A DNA stretch of 64,000 bases, from contig NC_068984.1 in the NCBI RefSeq assembly GCF_001194135.2, forward strand, positions 44,217,517-44,281,516. Direction: 5' to 3'. Position numbers and translations under genes: made by a program. Below, piece by piece: positions 37,560 through 49,213 of this stretch. Origin of the DNA: Octopus bimaculoides (lineage: Eukaryota). Positions within the stretch are counted from its first letter, which is position 1, and each line of letters opens with the position of its first letter. The notes under the pieces are model-generated. The model ran no database searches and was not told the DNA's origin. It saw only the letters and a program-made list of their open reading frames with translations.

Positions 37560-38425
37560 TAAGTTTTAACATGATCTCCTTCGAAATATTCACCTTGCGC
37601 GACAACACACCGGTCCCAGCGTTTCTGCCAATTTTGGAATCCAGTCTGGAAGCCGGTTTCGTAAACGAGTCGAAGCTGTGATTTGCTCTTGATCTCAACA
37701 ATGGCTTTAACCGGCGACCTTTGAGCCTGCATTTTCATCTTGGGGAAGAGATGGAAATCCGCAGACGCTAAATCTGGAGAATAGGGCGGGGGCGGGAACG
37801 ATTCTATGCTGTTTCTGGCAAGAAACTGATGAGTGAGGAAAGCTCGGTGACAGGGTGCATTGTCACCATGAAGAATCCAATTCTTCGCGCTCCACAGATC
37901 TGATCGCTTTCGCCGAATGTCCCCCCTCTCCACCTCAGATGCTTCAAAACGTCCTTGATTGTACTCCGACGACCCTCATGAACAAACTGATAAATTTTCT
38001 CCATATTTCCGGGAGCTGACACCCATGGCAGGTCTTCCAGATCGCTAATCGTCTTCCAAGAACGTTCTTCCGCTTTTGAAGCTCATGTGCCTGCCACTTG
38101 AAACATCACGTACGACCCATTGCCTCGTCGTCGTAAGCTTACCGATGTATGCTCAAGTTCTCTGTAGCTGTCTTCCCAAGTTTTACACAAAATATCACGT
38201 AGGCTCTTTGTTCTAACTTCCTCTCAATGACAAAATCGCAGACAACAGCATACAGGTAATCACAAAAACACAAATGTCACAACTTGCGAAGTAAACACAA
38301 CGATGTCACTCGGCACACTTCCTTATGAAGGTCACTGCAAGCTCTCATTGCGCACGTACCCTCGTACATCCATCTACTGGCGTGCTGCAGAAATAGTTCG
38401 GGAACTTTTTTCATATCACTTCGTA
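37556..38425 (-). mobile_element. Mariner (D34D) element, internally deleted, 5' TIR retained
   Basis: LHGDNAPCH..(34 aa)..YSPDLASADFHLFPKMK...WDRCVVAQGEYFEGD. The HTH region NMEKIYQFVHEGRRSTIKD is fused to the catalytic region. TIR is TACGAAGTGATATGAAAAAAGTTCCCGAACTA. Confidence 0.92.
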
Positions 38426-39149
38426 CCGGTGACTTCAGCCCAGTAAATTCAATTCGCCAGTATCTTCTTGTTACGCTAAGATCTTCTCAAAAATATAAGA
38501 TAATTTGTATGAATCTCAGACTGCTATAATTAATCTATATACAACAGTAGGTCACTGGAAAAACTTATAGAGGATGTTACATAGATACGTATCATATGAT
38601 TTTAGTGCACTGGAAATAGCAAAATTGGGGAGATATTTGGGAAATAGTATACGCGGTAGATGATACTTTCAAATGTCTGTTGAAGTGAGATTGATGAGCT
38701 TCAAAATAATGTTACGCCCGACCATTCCAGCCTCCGTTCTTCTCTATCTACTCCACCAAATCTCTATAAACGCGTATGTTTGTGTGTGCGTATGCGTGGT
38801 CGGGTGTGTATGTGCGTGTGCGTGTGCGTGTGTTTTTTCCCATTGTATTTTCCATTGTCTCTTTCTCTACTCTTTACCTCGGACGTCATGTGAATACACA
38901 CAGACACACGCACGCGCACATACATACACACACTCACACCCACAGACACACACATACACACACGCATGCACGCACGCCTACACACACACGTGCGCACACA
39001 CTCAATCACTAAAGCATATATATACATACATACATACAGACAGACAGACAGACAGACATACACAGAGATATACTCACATATACATATATACAGTCAAACA
39101 TACGAACAAATACATACATTTATACCTGCATAGTGCCAAGTAAGTGGAT

Positions 39150-39475
39150 CTCACGTCGGTTTCGACGGTGGCTAATGTTTCAACAGTTGTTCGATCAACC
39201 ACTATACATTCTTATTGAGTTAGCATAGGAATGGCTGAGTATTCCATATATATTCCATATTCCATATTACAATTCTCAAATAGACATAATGTATGAAAAA
39301 GCCAGCTGTTTGAATTACATGTCCGTTCAATGTGCGCCAACGCAGTTGCCGTCTACACGTTTTCAGTCAAAAGTTTTGGCCCACACTTGTTCGAGATACC
39401 ATTCAGTGAATTCGAACCCAGAATCTTACGGTTGTAAAGTGACCTTCTCCACTACTCAGACATACCTGACACATA
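39150..39475 (-). mobile_element. SINE family C, degenerate, near full length
   Basis: Head TTCGAACCCAGAATCTTACG on the plus strand; the 3' part CGTCGGTTTCGACGG...TCGATCAAC resembles 52380-52445. Confidence 0.5.
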
Positions 39476-39579
39476 AAAATACGTACATACATATGAACTG
39501 GATCTTTTAAGCGAGATAATTTTCTATGTGTATGCTGTGCTGTGCTGTGTGTGTGTGTGTGTGTGTGTGNNNNNNNNNN

Positions 39580-39630
<51 letters not shown>

Positions 39631-40316
39631 GTGCTCGCGCTCGTGTAAGATATTGTAAACGCTAACTTGTGACGGAAATAAAATAGGCTCTACGACAGGC
39701 TCTGCAACGGGACACAAACCTCGTTACCGATCACAGTAGAGAATGTCTGACGTCTTTCAAGATAGAATTCATAAAAAAAAGAAAATAAAAACTCCATTGG
39801 TGCAGTACTAAGTGTCTTCTGATGTTCATTCCCCTGCGAGCTGTTTCCCCATGCATAACATCATCCAATATGAAGAAAAAAACGAAGTAAAAACCGTATA
39901 TTTTTGTTTCTAATTCGAGTAGAAATTAACCGTTTAGACAGATGAGTGTATATATGTCATTATTCAGTTTATTTCAAGATTTCTTGCCAATAGAGAAAGA
40001 ACTGGTTTCTAACCTAGATCCAAGACTCTTTCATTGGAATTTCAACATCAAAAACAGGGTATTTTTGTATGTATGTATGTATGTATATATGTATGTAAGT
40101 ATGTATGTATGTATGTATGTGCATACTTGTACGTTTTATATACGTATTCTCATGCATAGAGTTGCATATCGAGACATGCTCATATATATTTAAATGATAA
40201 ACTTCTNNNNNNNNNNTGTATGTAAGTATGTATGTATGTATGTATGTGCATATTTGTACGTTTTATATACGTATTCTCATGCATAGAGTTGCATATCGAG
40301 ACATGCTCATATATAT

Positions 40317-41000
40317 TTAAATGATAAACTTCTGGAACGTTTTACAGATTTTTACAGTTCCAGCGATGGATTGGATTTGTAGCCCTCGAATTAGCTTTCT
40401 CCTTTCTGGTTTTGAGAAGCCTAATTTCTCAAGATTGGTATTTAGGCAGTCTGTTACATATCCCAGGGCCCCAATAATTCCAGGTATAAAGCTGAACTTG
40501 TAATTTGGATAGAGTAATTGCAGATTTCTCATTAGTTCAGGATAGGTTTTCTATTTTTCACTGATCTTCAGCTTTATTTCAATATCCGCTGGACAGCTAA
40601 TTTCCACAACTGCACACAGTTTCTCTTCTCTATCCCAAATCATTATACCAGGTCATATTTGTGCTCATGTTGTGCTCACATTTTATTGAAGTCTTCACTG
40701 GTACATTCCACCAGTATTTCATTTATTATGAGTAGCTATGGCTTCTACCATATTCTGGGTTCTTATTTCTTTGTCCTCGGGATTATCCTTCCGACGGATT
40801 TCATTATAGAGTGTTCTAGCTACAACGTCATGTCTCATCGGTAGATAATACCATGATGGCATTTTCAGACAACTGCTTATGATGTGCGTGACAGCTTCAG
40901 TGTGAATTCCACAGTCTGCATCGGTTGTCACATTTTACGGCTTTTCCTGCATCTCTATCCCGTTTGTGCATCAGGTACTTGGCTGATATTTCCTATTCTT
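40317..41000 (-). mobile_element. RLE-type (R2/R4-like) non-LTR retrotransposon 3' end, second family
   Basis: CDNRCRL.GIHTEAVTHIISSC...YYLPMRHDVVA (zinc motif plus RHD), then EISCPAD and FIPGIIGALG...QIQSIAGTVKICKTF* (endonuclease tail). Confidence 0.85.
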
Positions 41001-41156
41001 GTATGTATGTATGTATGTATGTATGTATGTATGTATGTAGGTAGGTAGGTAGGTAGGTAGGTAGGTAGGTATGTATGTATTTCATAGATGAGAATCAGAT
41101 ATTCTCTGTATAGAATACACTTCGTAATGCTCAAGGGATTTAAACTTGAACGGAAG

Positions 41157-41482
41157 TAGAAGTAAATGTAGGGGCAAACAAGCTAGACAAATCAATATAC
41201 AAAGTATATTAAATACATGAAATACAAAAAATGTATATATATGTTTATGTACAAAAAGGTCTGATTTACACAGAAGAGAAATGCTATTGAGGATCAAAGG
41301 AGATGAAGAAAAGTATTACAAATCCAACTGCTGTTTCTTCAACCCCTTTAATTCTCGATATCATTTCTATTCTGTGCAAGTCGGACCTTTTTGTATATAA
41401 ACATGCATTTTTTGTGTTTCATCTATTTAATATACATTATATATTGACCTATCTAACCTGCTTATCCTTACATTTACTTCTA
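41157..41482. repeat. Long imperfect inverted repeat (fold-back or MITE-like)
   Basis: Terminal TAGAAGTAAATGTA / TACATTTACTTCTA is a perfect match. The ~150-bp arms align throughout, and both translate to SxLCKSDLFVxKH. The loop is about 22 nt. Confidence 0.85.
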
Positions 41483-41539
41483 TGCATGTATGTATGTATG
41501 TATGTATATATGTATGTATGTATGGATGGATGGATGGTT

Positions 41540-41540
41540 T

Positions 41541-41618
<78 letters not shown>
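41540..41618. repeat. (GATA)n microsatellite
   Basis: Seen directly. Confidence 0.95.
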
Positions 41619-41619
<1 letters not shown>

Positions 41620-42080
41620 TTTAAAGTGAATTTGAATAGTCTTGCATACAACTACTTTGACTGCTCTCCACTTCTGTTAGCAGAATATCAGATATGTTTA
41701 CACGAGGGAGCGTTTGATAGAACAGGAAAAGAAGCTACATGATAGAATAGTAAAAAGGCAGATGAACAGAGAGATAGACTGGCGAACGGGTGGAATATCT
41801 CAAAAATGTCAGGCAGAGTATAATAATTAATGTCAGTTTTTTTGTGAAGGAGTAGAGACAACAAGGTTTAGTGAGTGCTAACATATCTCATGTAGGTTGC
41901 AAAAAAACATTTCAATTAATTAAATTGCCGTTGCTTTAAGGTGAGCGGAGCATCAACTTAATAAGCAATGTTAGTGAAATCTGGTCAACGCTAGGTGTCG
42001 ACAACTACGAAATTTTAATTAAATGAAATAGGAAATACATGTGTAATGCGAATATGAAAGCATTAGCATAAGCATGATGT

Positions 42081-42144
42081 TTTTATACCTTTATCCTTTT
42101 ATACCTTTATCCTTTTATACCTTTATCCTTTTATACCTTTATCC
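42081..42144. repeat. 16-bp tandem repeat x4
   Basis: Unit TTTTATACCTTTATCC, four perfect copies. Confidence 0.95.
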
Positions 42145-43724
42145 AAGCGTCGATCTATATTTAATTAATTAAAATTTCAGTGATGTCACCCTTGTGTTTT
42201 TTTCCAGAATTAATTGACTTTGGTCAATAGACCAATGTTTTCCTTTCCTTATTACAACGATAGTGTTAATTTACAGGAATGTCTTTGATTACTCAATTCA
42301 ACTATTGCTTTTCAGGTAGATGGTGTCCCTATGAATTTTCCACCAGAAAGTTTAACCTTCCATGATTTCTTACTCATTTTAGCTTTCTCATTATATTTAG
42401 GGGGTCGATCGTTTTGACTTCCTTTTTTTTTTTTGTATCAAACAATGCTTTCTGCATATATGGCAGCAATTTTTGCAGACAACAATTGTATATAAAAGCA
42501 GAAGACTCGACTGAATTTTCTCCGGCATATGAATGGTTATTAATTTTATCCATATAGAAGAAAAGCGGCAGAAACAAACACGATAGAACTGAAATTCGAA
42601 TATACAGAATGCCATAAGACATACTGATTATCATTCAATCATCAATTAACTAACACGTTCTTTCTTTTAAGCACTTAGTATCCAAGACAACACTACGCCA
42701 GTTAATCTTCTGGGAAGCTTAGTCTTTTTTTTTAAATGAGCGAAAATAAAAGTGTATTAATCAAGACTTCCTGTGCAGTGGGTACAAGAAAATATTAGCT
42801 GAATGCTCGAAGGGTGTACATTGTAAGCAGAGAAGTTTGGGGAACTTTGATATCCCAGTTAATGTGACGAGAGGAAGAAAACATAAGTACAAGAACTAAT
42901 TTAATCGGATCTATCAATAACAATTTCAGTTTTATTTAGTCTCCAAGTCGAAGCATAGCTCTCTTTTCGTATTTGACAGACCAATGTTAATACTGTTGGT
43001 ATATAGATGTACAATAATATACACAAGTTGGTGTGACAGCACATGTTGGCTGAGAGAAATTACCCAGGGGCGCCGTACGCCTGAAAACTAATACTTAAAA
43101 CGGTGCCAACATAATGTAGCGAAGAAGGCAATTTTAATTAATCAAACCCCCCACCTACAATGAGAAGATGAAACACGTATCTTGTCAACATAATTGCTTT
43201 ATTTATTACTCTAATAACACCTTATTACTATTATGACAACTTTTAAATTGGTAATTTGTTCCTTTGCCATAGAACCTAACTTAAGAGACTTGTCAAGAAA
43301 GTGATCATAGCACAATTGAATATCAACACACGTCATGATCGTTTATCTTCACTACAAATATAATTTATAGGATATAACAACGTCAGATGACTTGCTTTCA
43401 AAGATCAGTTGGAAGTTTGTCCCTTCTGTTCAATCGATTACACTCTTATCTGTGGCATCCTGTGAAAAATACAATGACAATTTCACCAGTAGTTGACTTG
43501 TGATCTGTCCAGAGGATTTAACTCTCTGACTTTCATAAAAAGGGAGATAAACATCAGCTCTGAAAGATCTCCAAAGCTGAGATGACATTAGAAGGAAAAT
43601 AGAGCTTAATGGGAAGAAAACAGTAGATTCGAGAAAATATTTTGCCATACTTATGCGTTATCTTCTGTGTTTAGATTCCATCGAAATAGATATCAGTCCC
43701 ACAAGGTTCGATTTAGATGATCGA

Positions 43725-43857
43725 TTAGCACAATCACGGGAGCCTTGGAAAAATACCTTATGGGAATTGCTCCGAAATTTGCCTTCTGAGTTTAAAATCT
43801 CGCCAAGGTCAACTTTGCATTCCATCATCCTGATTAAATATAGTACTTGTAAGCACT
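43725..43857 (+). mobile_element. SINE family B, degenerate
   Basis: TTCTGAGTTTAAAATCTCGCCAAGGTCAACTTTGCATTCCATC. Confidence 0.55.
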
Positions 43858-44197
43858 CGATTTTATGCCTCTACCCTATCTATCTATCTCTCTCTCTCTC
43901 TCTCTCTCTCTNNNNNNNNNNNNNNNNNNNNNNNNNNNNNNNNNNNNNNNNNNNNNNNNNNNNNNNNNNNNNNNNNNNNNNNNNNNNNNNNNNNNNNNNN
44001 NNNNNNNNNNNNNNNNNNNNNNNNNNNNNNNNNNNNNNNNNNNNNNNNNNNNNNNNNNNNNNNNNNNNNNNNNNNNNNNNNNNNNNNNNNNNNNNNNNNN
44101 NNNNNNNNNNNNNNNNNNNNNNNNNNNNNNNNNNNNNNNNNNNNNNNNNNNNNNNNNNNNNNNNNNNNNNNNNNNNNNNNNNNNNNNNNNNNNNNNN

Positions 44198-44268
<71 letters not shown>

Positions 44269-44780
44269 ATCTCTCTGTCAGTTTATCCATCTATGAATAT
44301 GTATCTAGACATCTCTCTATCATTCTCTTACAAACGATTACACTGCAAGAAATTTATAGAGGACTACTACCCACAATGTCCATTTACCTCAAAGAAACAG
44401 AATAGGTTTGACGGATGTCTAGTAAACAATTCTCATCAAACAAGCGATAAAAGCCCGTCCAAAGAAATTCATTGATGACGTGTGTGGTCGAACCGGTGTT
44501 CTGAGCTGCATGGAATACTTTAAAAGTGCTATTAGGATCTTCATATTCAAACACACAAATGTACTGATATCGATTGCCTCGATTATATCTATTCTCAATA
44601 AACGCATGACCTTTTCTGCAACAATTTTAAAAAATCAACCTTATTTCATCTGTGAAACATCTATTCACGGTTAAAACTATTTCTCAAATAATACAGCGTA
44701 TGATTGTGTGAAAACCAAAATGTTTAATTTTCCGTTTCCCACTAAAATTATTTAAGCTTATTATTATGGAATTTATAAAA

Positions 44781-44965
44781 AGTAGCGAGCTGGCAGGATC
44801 GTTGAACCGCTGCACAACTTCGTCAGCGGCATTTCGTCTGCCTCTACGTTCTAGATTCAAATTCCACTGAGGTCGACGTTATATTTCAACTTCCCGGGGT
44901 CGATAAAGTAAGTACCAGTCGATGAAATCGACCACACACACTACCAAATTTCAGGCCGGAAATTA
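44781..44965 (+). mobile_element. SINE family B
   Basis: GCGAGCTGGCAGGATCGTT...TTCAAATTCCACTGAGGTCGAC...GGGGTCGATAAAGTAAGTACCAG. Confidence 0.8.
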
Positions 44966-45815
44966 TTGATATTATTACCTTTAGGTCACAGGTGACATTA
45001 TTTTTCATCATTAAACTGATGAAATGGCAATACGATAGTATTCGTGTCAACTTCCCTTGCAGGTTTTGATTTTTAGAATAGTAGAATTAAATTGTCTTGC
45101 AGCTTTGCGTCATAAGTTCAAATCCCATTGATATTGACTATCGATTTCATTGACCGAGAGTCGATAAAATAGATACCAGCCACGTCTTAAGGTCTATCTT
45201 GGAATACTTCACTTTACATATGCCAATAAACGAAATTGTTATTACTTTATAATCGGTAGCCTTGTATGCTATATAGAACCGACCACAAAATATCTCTGTT
45301 CAGCTGCACAAGGTTAAAATTTCTCGTTGATCGATAGTTTACTTCAACCCTCAGTATTCGATCAATGAATTTACTATGGATAATTTTATAGACTGTAAAA
45401 AAAAGAAACCCCCCGCCTAACAAAATTCGCGTAGTGCTTATGAAAAACAGACATGATTATTTATCATAATAGTTTTCTTTAATTTCGTCCTGTGAGACAG
45501 GAAAATATCTATAATCAAGAGAATGACTGGCAGATTCATTTAAGAAAAGTGGCATTCTGTATACATTAATATACTTCAAATTGTTAAGCACAACCGTTAA
45601 CGGGTCCCTCGAGTTTTCTTTTTTTTTTTACAACTTAAGAGAGAGAATTTATTTTTCAAAGTGACCTAATTTGTCACCTATTTCTCATTCTCTGACACAG
45701 ACAGACACACACTCATCTCCTTGCACTGTCGAGAGACACACACACAAATGCATATACACACGTTTACACTCAGAAGCATAAACAAATGTGTGAGTAGATA
45801 TATACACACTCATAT

Positions 45816-45860
<45 letters not shown>

Positions 45861-46112
45861 AACATATACATACACACAAACACGCACACATACACACACA
45901 TGTACACACTTTAGACTTGCAAACAAGAGGAATAATTAATTACATACAGTTGGGTTATTTTTATGAAACCGTTGATTCACTCCGAGTACCAAGTAAATGA
46001 ACTATCGACTTTGCGCGCGCGTTTCCGTGTGTTGTAAAATGAAATCGTAATGAAACTTTATTCTCAGAGGCCTGACATAGCTTCCTTTGAACTTGTCACA
46101 CACACACACACA

Positions 46113-46148
<36 letters not shown>

Positions 46149-46180
46149 CAGACACACACACACACACACACACACATACC

Positions 46181-46600
46181 TTGCTTGTTCTTTCGTCGTT
46201 GTCGACGATGACCACGGGAGAAGGAACGGGGAACGGTGTGTCCAGCTGTGGCCGATCAGTCCGATGCGTGCTCGGAAGGCTCTGCCGCAGGTCGGGTGTT
46301 GGTGGTTTTCGGGACTGAAGGCAAGGAGTTGGCTCTGTACTTGCACAGTTCGCGCTTTCTTTGTGCCTCTTCAATCCTGTTCTGTTCGTAGGAAGTCGTA
46401 CCTCTGTTGGTGCAGCTTAGCCAAACAGAGTGATCTTGCCATTGTGTTTTCGAGGTGTCGGGATTGATCTCAAAGCTCTTGATAAGGCTATGTGGTTAAG
46501 AACATCATACTCTGCAGTGTAGGTGCGAGTACACAGCCCTGTTTGTCTCCGTTAATGATTAGGAATGTGTCAGAAGAATCTCTTTTCTCAGCGAGGACTG
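46181..46600 (-). mobile_element. RTE/BovB-like LINE, 3' segment (sense), internally deleted
   Basis: DSSDTFLIINGDKQGCVLAPTL (RT motif B) is joined to KSFEINPDT..YEQNRIEEAQRKREL and PTCGRAFRARIGLIGHSWTH (C2H2), followed by the 3' UTR GTCATCGTCGACAACGACG. Confidence 0.88.
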
Positions 46601-46604
46601 TGAC

Positions 46605-47700
46605 AGCAAGTTGAGCTAACTAGACGTGGGTAAAAAGGGAACATAAGAGAACTGGTGTACAGCATTGCATGCACTTATCTGAACCAGAACACGCGTAGAC
46701 ACCAAGACGGCGACAACGATGAGGAAATCTAGAAGTTGCTTGATGAGAAGCATGAAGGCTACAGAGTCCCTCTGCAAAGCAGCATATCAACTTCCAAAAA
46801 AGCAGTCCATAATCCTACCAAAAGCAAGGTGCGGGTCAAGCTCACAGACATTAACGATCCCTGACACAGCAACAAGGCGGACGGGATACAGAAGTATGCT
46901 GACAGCAACAACTCCAAGCGCTTCTACGCGATGCCCTGAAAACCATCTCCGGGTCACAGTCCTCCGGAACATCACCACTTGTCAGTGCTGACGGGACCAC
47001 ACTCCTCACTGACGAAAACGCAGTCCTCGAAAGGTGGACAGAGCACTTCAATAACGTCTTGAACAAACCTTTCTCTATCAACGCTGAAGCCATCGCTCAA
47101 ATGCCCCAAGCTGATATCAACATTTCTCTGGTAACGCTTCCAATGGAAGCAGAGGTCCAGAAAGCAATTAAGTCTCTCTCAAACAGCAAAGCACCAGGCT
47201 CTGACTTCATCGCAGCTGAAACATACAATGCAGGAGATCAGTCTTGACACAGACGCTCAGCGATCTTTTTGAGATCATATGGCAGCAGGCGGTTGTTCTT
47301 CAGGAGTTCAAGGACGCTTCTATTGCCCATCTTTACAAGAGAAAGGGAAACAGGCAGTCTTGTGACAATTGCCGAAGAATTTCTCTCTTTATCATCGCTG
47401 CCAAGCTACTCGCAAGAGTCCTCTTTAATCGCAAATTTCAGCCCATGGAAAACAGACATCTGCCAGAGAGGCTTCTGAGAGGGCCGTGGGACAGTCGACG
47501 TGATCTTTATCGCACGTCAACTTCAGAAGAAGTGCCAGGAACAGAGCTAGGACCAATACACGACATTTGCACGTCTAACTAAGGCATTTAACACCGTCAG
47601 TCGAAGGGCTTTGGAAAATCATGACTAAGTTCGTCTGCCCGGTCAAATTCCTCAGTATGTTGCGACAGTTGCACAATGGCATACTTACTCAAATACTGAA
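46605..47700 (+). mobile_element. RTE/BovB-like LINE, inverted middle segment (linker plus RT N-terminal half)
   Basis: RRHQD.DNDEEI, KRFY.ALK, LERWTEHFNNVLN, KAPGSD, EFKDASIAHLYKRKGNRQSCDN.RRISL, GRGTVDVIFIARQLQ.KCQEQ, KAFNTVSR, RQLHNG; several frameshifts. Confidence 0.92.
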
Positions 47701-47775
47701 GTATCTGTGTGTATACACATATATGCGTTTATATACACATATATATACACGCAGACATATACATAAATATACATT

Positions 47776-47776
<1 letters not shown>

Positions 47777-47850
<74 letters not shown>
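47777..47850. repeat. (GATA)n microsatellite
   Basis: Seen directly. Confidence 0.95.
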
Positions 47851-47989
47851 GTACATTGACAATTAGATAGATACGTATAGCTTTTAAATTTTATGATTGT
47901 CTTAGTACATGTATATGTGTCCGTTTTGTGTTCTATGCATATACATACACATACATATCTATCTATTTATCTCTCACGCTCTGTTTCTC

Positions 47990-48036
<47 letters not shown>

Positions 48037-48057
48037 CTATCTATCTATCTATCCATA

Positions 48058-48094
<37 letters not shown>

Positions 48095-48098
48095 CTAT

Positions 48099-48131
<33 letters not shown>

Positions 48132-48342
48132 GTATACAATGTTTGTTACAGATACAGGAGACGCTTAATACTTGTGTGAACAGTCTAGTTTAGGCGGTGC
48201 GTGTTCACACCAATTTAGTTGACCTTGTCAAGCGTAAACTCGTTAACCTTTATTGATTACCAATATTAGTAGAAAGTCTCCATCGATTAAACTATATGAA
48301 CGAAGACGTATAATTTCTCTCTGAGTCAACGGGCGAACTTCT

Positions 48343-48430
48343 ATGTAGTCGCTTGAAATAACAACCAGCTTTCCTCCATATCACACCCTACTCTCATTGA
48401 ATGAGAAGGAAATTTAGTCCGATACACACT
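48343..48430 (+). mobile_element. SINE family E fragment
   Basis: ATGTAGTCGCTTGAAATAACAACCAGCTTTCCTCCATATCACACCCTAC; its reverse complement resembles 62050-62125. Confidence 0.45.
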
Positions 48431-48943
48431 GTTTTGAAAAGCAGTAATGGAACCACTTTCCATTGTACATCTGTTTCTTAACTGTGACAGCAACTGTAAT
48501 ATATCGGGGATAATGTCTACCGATTTGTTCTTTTTATGAATTTCAGATATTGCCATATATTACATTTTATTTATATTTAAGAACGTAATATTGGCAGCGT
48601 TTCATATGTTGAATGGGATTTAGAAATAGTAAGTTGTTCGAATTAAAGTTTACACTCTTTCTAAATCGTTACTAAAATTGCCCTTTAACTATGAGCAAGA
48701 CACCAAACTTCCACTGGCTTGAAGCGCTTTACTGTAAACAAATATCATAAGTAGTTGCATCTGTTTGGATGTCAACTTCACATGGCAACAGGCTGCTAGC
48801 TGATAAAGTCAATGGTTCGTATCTTTTAACCAGTCCTACGCCGCGTCTAGGTAGAAATAGTGTTGTAGAATTGCATAGTGGAATGTCGACTTCGGTTTAT
48901 TCGTAATAAAACTTACCTGAAATAATTTCCATCCACTTAACAG

Positions 48944-49213
48944 TATAGTAAACGTATTTATACCTTGCTTCTCCAAATCTTTGGAGATATGAGATATATC
49001 TCCAAGGATTTTGTTAAAAGGATTACCTTAGATTCTCTAAATATGAACATGAGTATAGAATATCATTTCCAAACTATAGTAAAATACGATGAATCCTCTA
49101 GAGTTCAATTTCCTCGTGACATCATTTCATGGTCGTGTAACATGTACAGAGAGTCGTTAATGTCGGTGTGTAATAAGTTCAACGCCGATTGCGAAGTTGC
49201 ATATACCTGGCAG
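48944..49213 (+). CDS. Candidate coding exon (phase 0-0, 90 codons), possibly SEA-like
   Basis: Acceptor CCATCCACTTAACAG| and donor TGGCAG|GTGTGA. Reads YSKRIYTLLLQIFGDMRYISKDFVKRITL...WSCNMYRESLMSVCNKFNADCEVAYTWQ. Not homology-verified. Confidence 0.25.

Noticed and set aside
40090-40333. 117-bp tandem duplication around a 10-N gap
   Set aside because: One mismatch between copies on either side of a placeholder gap is most simply an unmerged allelic overlap.
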